Of a DNA stretch of 64,000 bases, positions 60,552-64,000 are shown piece by piece. The translations under genes and the position numbers were made by a program. The DNA is from Dicyema japonicum. Its lineage: Eukaryota > Animalia > Dicyemida. Under the pieces are notes generated by a model. It had not been told where the DNA came from and did not search any database. It saw only the letters and a program-made list of their open reading frames with translations. The stretch is from contig RDEW01000019.1 in assembly GCA_011109175.1 (NCBI GenBank), positions 714,145-778,144 of the forward strand, read 5' to 3'. The stretch's first letter is position 1. Every line of letters starts with the position of its first letter.

Positions 60552-63500
60552 ATGTGTGATCGTTTGGTCAAAAGTGGTTCCATTTTAACCAAGTACGGAA
60601 AATTTATTTCTCGTCATCCATGGGAAATAATCGTTCTTAGCATAATCTCTACCTCTGTTGTTATGATGATCTGCTTTCCACATTCTCATTCTATGACTTA
60701 TGCGGTTATTTTTTATTCTGATTTTAGAGCGAAAAATCTGAGTGGCTATCAATCTGCATAGTGAAAATGCTGGCAGTGATAAACGTGTATATTGAACTAC
60801 GGAAATTAACAAATATTCCTCAAAAATTCATTATTGGTTGGTTTACCCACGTGACTATAGGATTCATGATTATTGCAACGTTCCTAACTTCCTTCACCTT
60901 TGCAAGTGCAGCTGTTTCGCTGTTTAGCTCGGAAGTGTCTTCTTTAAAGTAATATTCTAATTTTCATGTATTTTGCGGTTAGTTTTTGTAGCTTTATCAT
61001 TTTTGGCTCAGTTTAGTGTTATCTATCTGTTAAACCAGAATACATGGGGTTTATATTTTATTCCACCTTGGGTTGTTGTGTTTTTGCCTTACCATTAGTT
61101 TTTATGGTTATTTTTCTGACCTATTTACACAGGCATTTTATTTCTTTCATACTTACTGTTTTGTATGACTGATGGTTTTTACTTTCTTATTTGAAGATTT
61201 ACGTGCGATAAAATATTTTTCTATGTGTTTTACATGGGTGAACAGTAGCTGAATTAATTTTTGTTATCAGTGTTGCCTTTATGATGGTATTGTTTTTTAG
61301 CTATTTATATGGGCGTTTAGATTTTACATATTTGGTTTTTTGATTAAGTTTGCCTTAGAATTATTGTTTTTGAGGATGATTGTTTATTTGAACTAATTAA
61401 GTGGGCATTTATGTTTTACATACTTGAGCAGGGTTTTGATTTATTCACCTTAGCTTTATGGGTTTTATATGACTGATTTTTTAAAGCTATTTATATGGGC
61501 GTTTGCATTTCACATTCTTTGAGTCTTGATTTATTTTACCTCAGATTTATTGGTTTTATAAGGCTAATTGTCCATTTGAACTATTCACTTAGGCTTTTTT
61601 ATGTTTACATACTTGAGCAGGTTTTGATCAGTTTACCCTAGCAATATTGTCTTTATATGACCGATTGTCTTTTGAACTATTTACACTTATGCTTTTTATG
61701 TTATACATACTTGATCATGGTTTTGATCAGTTTACCCTAGCAATATTGTCTTATATGACCAATTGTCTTTTGAACTATTCACATATGCTTTTTATGTTAT
61801 ACATACTTGACCATGGTTTTGATCAGTTTACCCTAGCAATATTGTCTTATATGACTAATTGTCTTTTTGAACTATTTACATAGGAATTTTATGTTTTACA
61901 TATTTGAGCAGGGCCTTGATTCGTTTACCCTATAAATATTGGTTTTATATGACTGATAGTTTCTTTGAGCTATTTTGTGGGTATTTTATGCTATTCAGCA
62001 TTGGTATTGGTTTTGATTCAATTTATAATAGTCACCCTTATGTAGTGGTGACTGTTTATGCTATTTACAAGGCCTTTTAATATATTGCATATTTGGGTGG
62101 ATTTGCTGATTTCACTTAGTCTTTATCTTCATTAAATAATTAATTTATTATAAGCATTTTTAAATGACGAAAGCAATTTCAACTGCGGTTAAACTTTATT
62201 GTTATGTCTACGCCATATTCTCCACAGTCCTTACAATTAACCTCATCCACGTGGCCTTGATTTCTATAGTCTTTCTTATTTATGTCGGTTTTATTTGCGG
62301 GTGTATATGTTATGAAAACATTTTTTATCAATATTAAATTTATTCAAAATAGAGTTTATTTTTAATTTTAGTAAGGCGATGCCATTCTTGCTGGTTTTGG
62401 TAGACATATCACAGCCAAGTGCATTGGTTATGTACACATTTAACAAACGGGTAGTTTTTACTGTTTATTGCAGGAGTCTTCACTCGCCAAAGCTATTAGT
62501 ATGCTTGGCCCATCTATGATCAAAAACGCAATTATTGAGGCTGTTGTCATCGGGTCTGGCTTTCTCATTGGTATTTTTAATTTTTATTCTCCAAATTTCC
62601 CGCTTAAATTTACCGATCATAATTTATTCCTTAACAATTAGGAACTTGCACTTTTTAAATTTGCGACCTTTTAAAAGTGCTTAACTACTCATTCCGGTTG
62701 AGATTTGGATTGAGCCATGTTTAACTAATGCTTGTACTTACTATCTCTTAGTGTCCTATTTATCCCATCTTTATAAACATAACTATTGTAGGGAATAATA
62801 GACTGGTGAGGGAAATATGCTTGTTTGGATCATTATTGGTGCTAATAAATACAATAGCCTTCTTGAGTTTCTTTGCAAGCTGTCTGTCAATAATAAGTGA
62901 GGTAATCCTTATTACTATTAATTGATTGGTAAACCAGACCGAAATAGCTTTAATGAAAAGTTAGCGGACAACCAAGTACCGTGTTCCAGGCAATCTTATA
63001 ATCTGAGAATCCACTTCATTATTGTAAGTTTCTTTGATATTTTATTTATTTTAAATAATTTATATTAATTTAATTATTTTTTTAATTTATTTAAATTTAA
63101 TATATTAATCGCAATACGTTATATTAAACTTAAATGTAACCACAACCTTCAATTCTTCAATTAATTATATTTAAATCTGTACATATGGCCAAATATAAAA
63201 TTGCTTGTTATATACGCATTTTATATTGTATCTTGTTATATATTTTTTTAAATTTTCTATAATTATTAATACAATTTACATTCTGCTCTAATTAATTTTA
63301 TTTACTGACACACATCTTTATTGTTTACTAAAATTATTTTAAATATATTTTATCAATAAACTTTCTTCATTTAAAATTTACTATAATCAAATTAATTCGT
63401 TGCTTGTTTAAAGCATTTACGCTTTTCCCGTAAGCTTTTTTATATAGGTCATCCGCTGTTTTTTCCTTAATAAGACTGCCTAGGAAGCATAATTCCCTAT

Positions 63501-64000
63501 AATTAATGTAAAAAAATTATGACAAAAATCATTTAATTTTAAATTAAATTTATCTTTATTATTTTATATTTTTAATAAATTTTAATCTCTTTTATTTATG
63601 GTATGGTCCTATTTCTCGCTGCAGTTTGTTAATTTTAATTATTTTAGTCGATTCTTGTTTTGTTTGCAAGCCAATATGACAACTTTTTCAACACAACGTT
63701 ACAGTCGGCGCATTATTCATACAAGTTTGTAGAGTATTTTATTCAGAATATGGCGATTTTCATTGGATGACTTTGCCGTAATTGTAGTGATATTCTGTCT
63801 CGTGTTGAAATACTTTTTATACGACACATATCATGATTTGCCTTTTATTAAACTACCATTTTTTAACAATGAATTGGAACTAAAGCCACAGAAGGAGATT
63901 CGGAGAAAAATCTTAAAGAGTCCCACATCAACTAGTTTTTCGACTGAATTTCCCGCCAACGATTTAAGTTTCACATCGAACAATATTTCACAACAATTTC
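60552..64000 (+). CDS. HMGCR: HMG-CoA reductase, membrane/sterol-sensing domain exons (continues beyond the window)
   Basis: GKFISRHPWEIIV; KMLAVINVYIEL..PQKFIIG; NKAMPFLLVLVDIS; AKAISMLGPS...IEAVVIGSG; EICLFG..L.N...FLSFFASCLSI; LVLKYFLYD. These are collinear with animal HMGCR TM1-TM8. Introns 60705-60727, 60837-60860, 60949-62371, 62451-62473 and others. Confidence 0.88.
61080..62110. repeat. Degenerate about 96-bp minisatellite inside HMGCR intron 3
   Basis: GTTTTGATCAGTTTACCCTAGCAATATTGTC recurs at 61621, 61720 and 61816, with progressively decayed units on both sides. Confidence 0.85.

Noticed and set aside
61647-61883. ORF with a 32-aa repeat
   Set aside because: By-product of the intronic minisatellite; adjacent units shift frame.

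Overview
AT-rich eukaryotic (metazoan) genomic DNA with extremely short spliceosomal introns (mostly 20-33 nt, GT-AG). This resembles dicyemid or other reduced parasitic animal genomes; the taxon is an inference. The tiny introns fragment the ORF track, so most gene models below were spliced by hand. Recognisable host genes: RPS5, a divergent 14-3-3, the membrane half of HMG-CoA reductase, an intronless divergent POU-homeobox gene and two inverted copies of BRICK1/HSPC300. The most novel signal is a local family of four related genes (A 9.4-17.4 kb, B 20.7-22.5 kb, C 32.9-33.7 kb, D 40.7-41.5 kb). B, C and D end in a TM helix plus a short KASH-like tail (LEYGVKPV* in B and D), and B also has an N-terminal spectrin-like repeat. 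Member A has a spacer expanded to about 20 x 321-bp repeats, each carrying an in-frame TAA inside a putative 27-nt intron. The rest is dense in transposons: nested Tc1-in-hAT, a Buster/SPIN-like hAT, an apparently intact Ginger2-like element with five mini-introns, an R4-like RLE retrotransposon, tRNA-derived SINEs, and many RTE, CRE and Jockey-like remnants. Frequent 1-nt homopolymer indels suggest uncorrected long-read errors, so pseudogene calls based only on frameshifts are uncertain.
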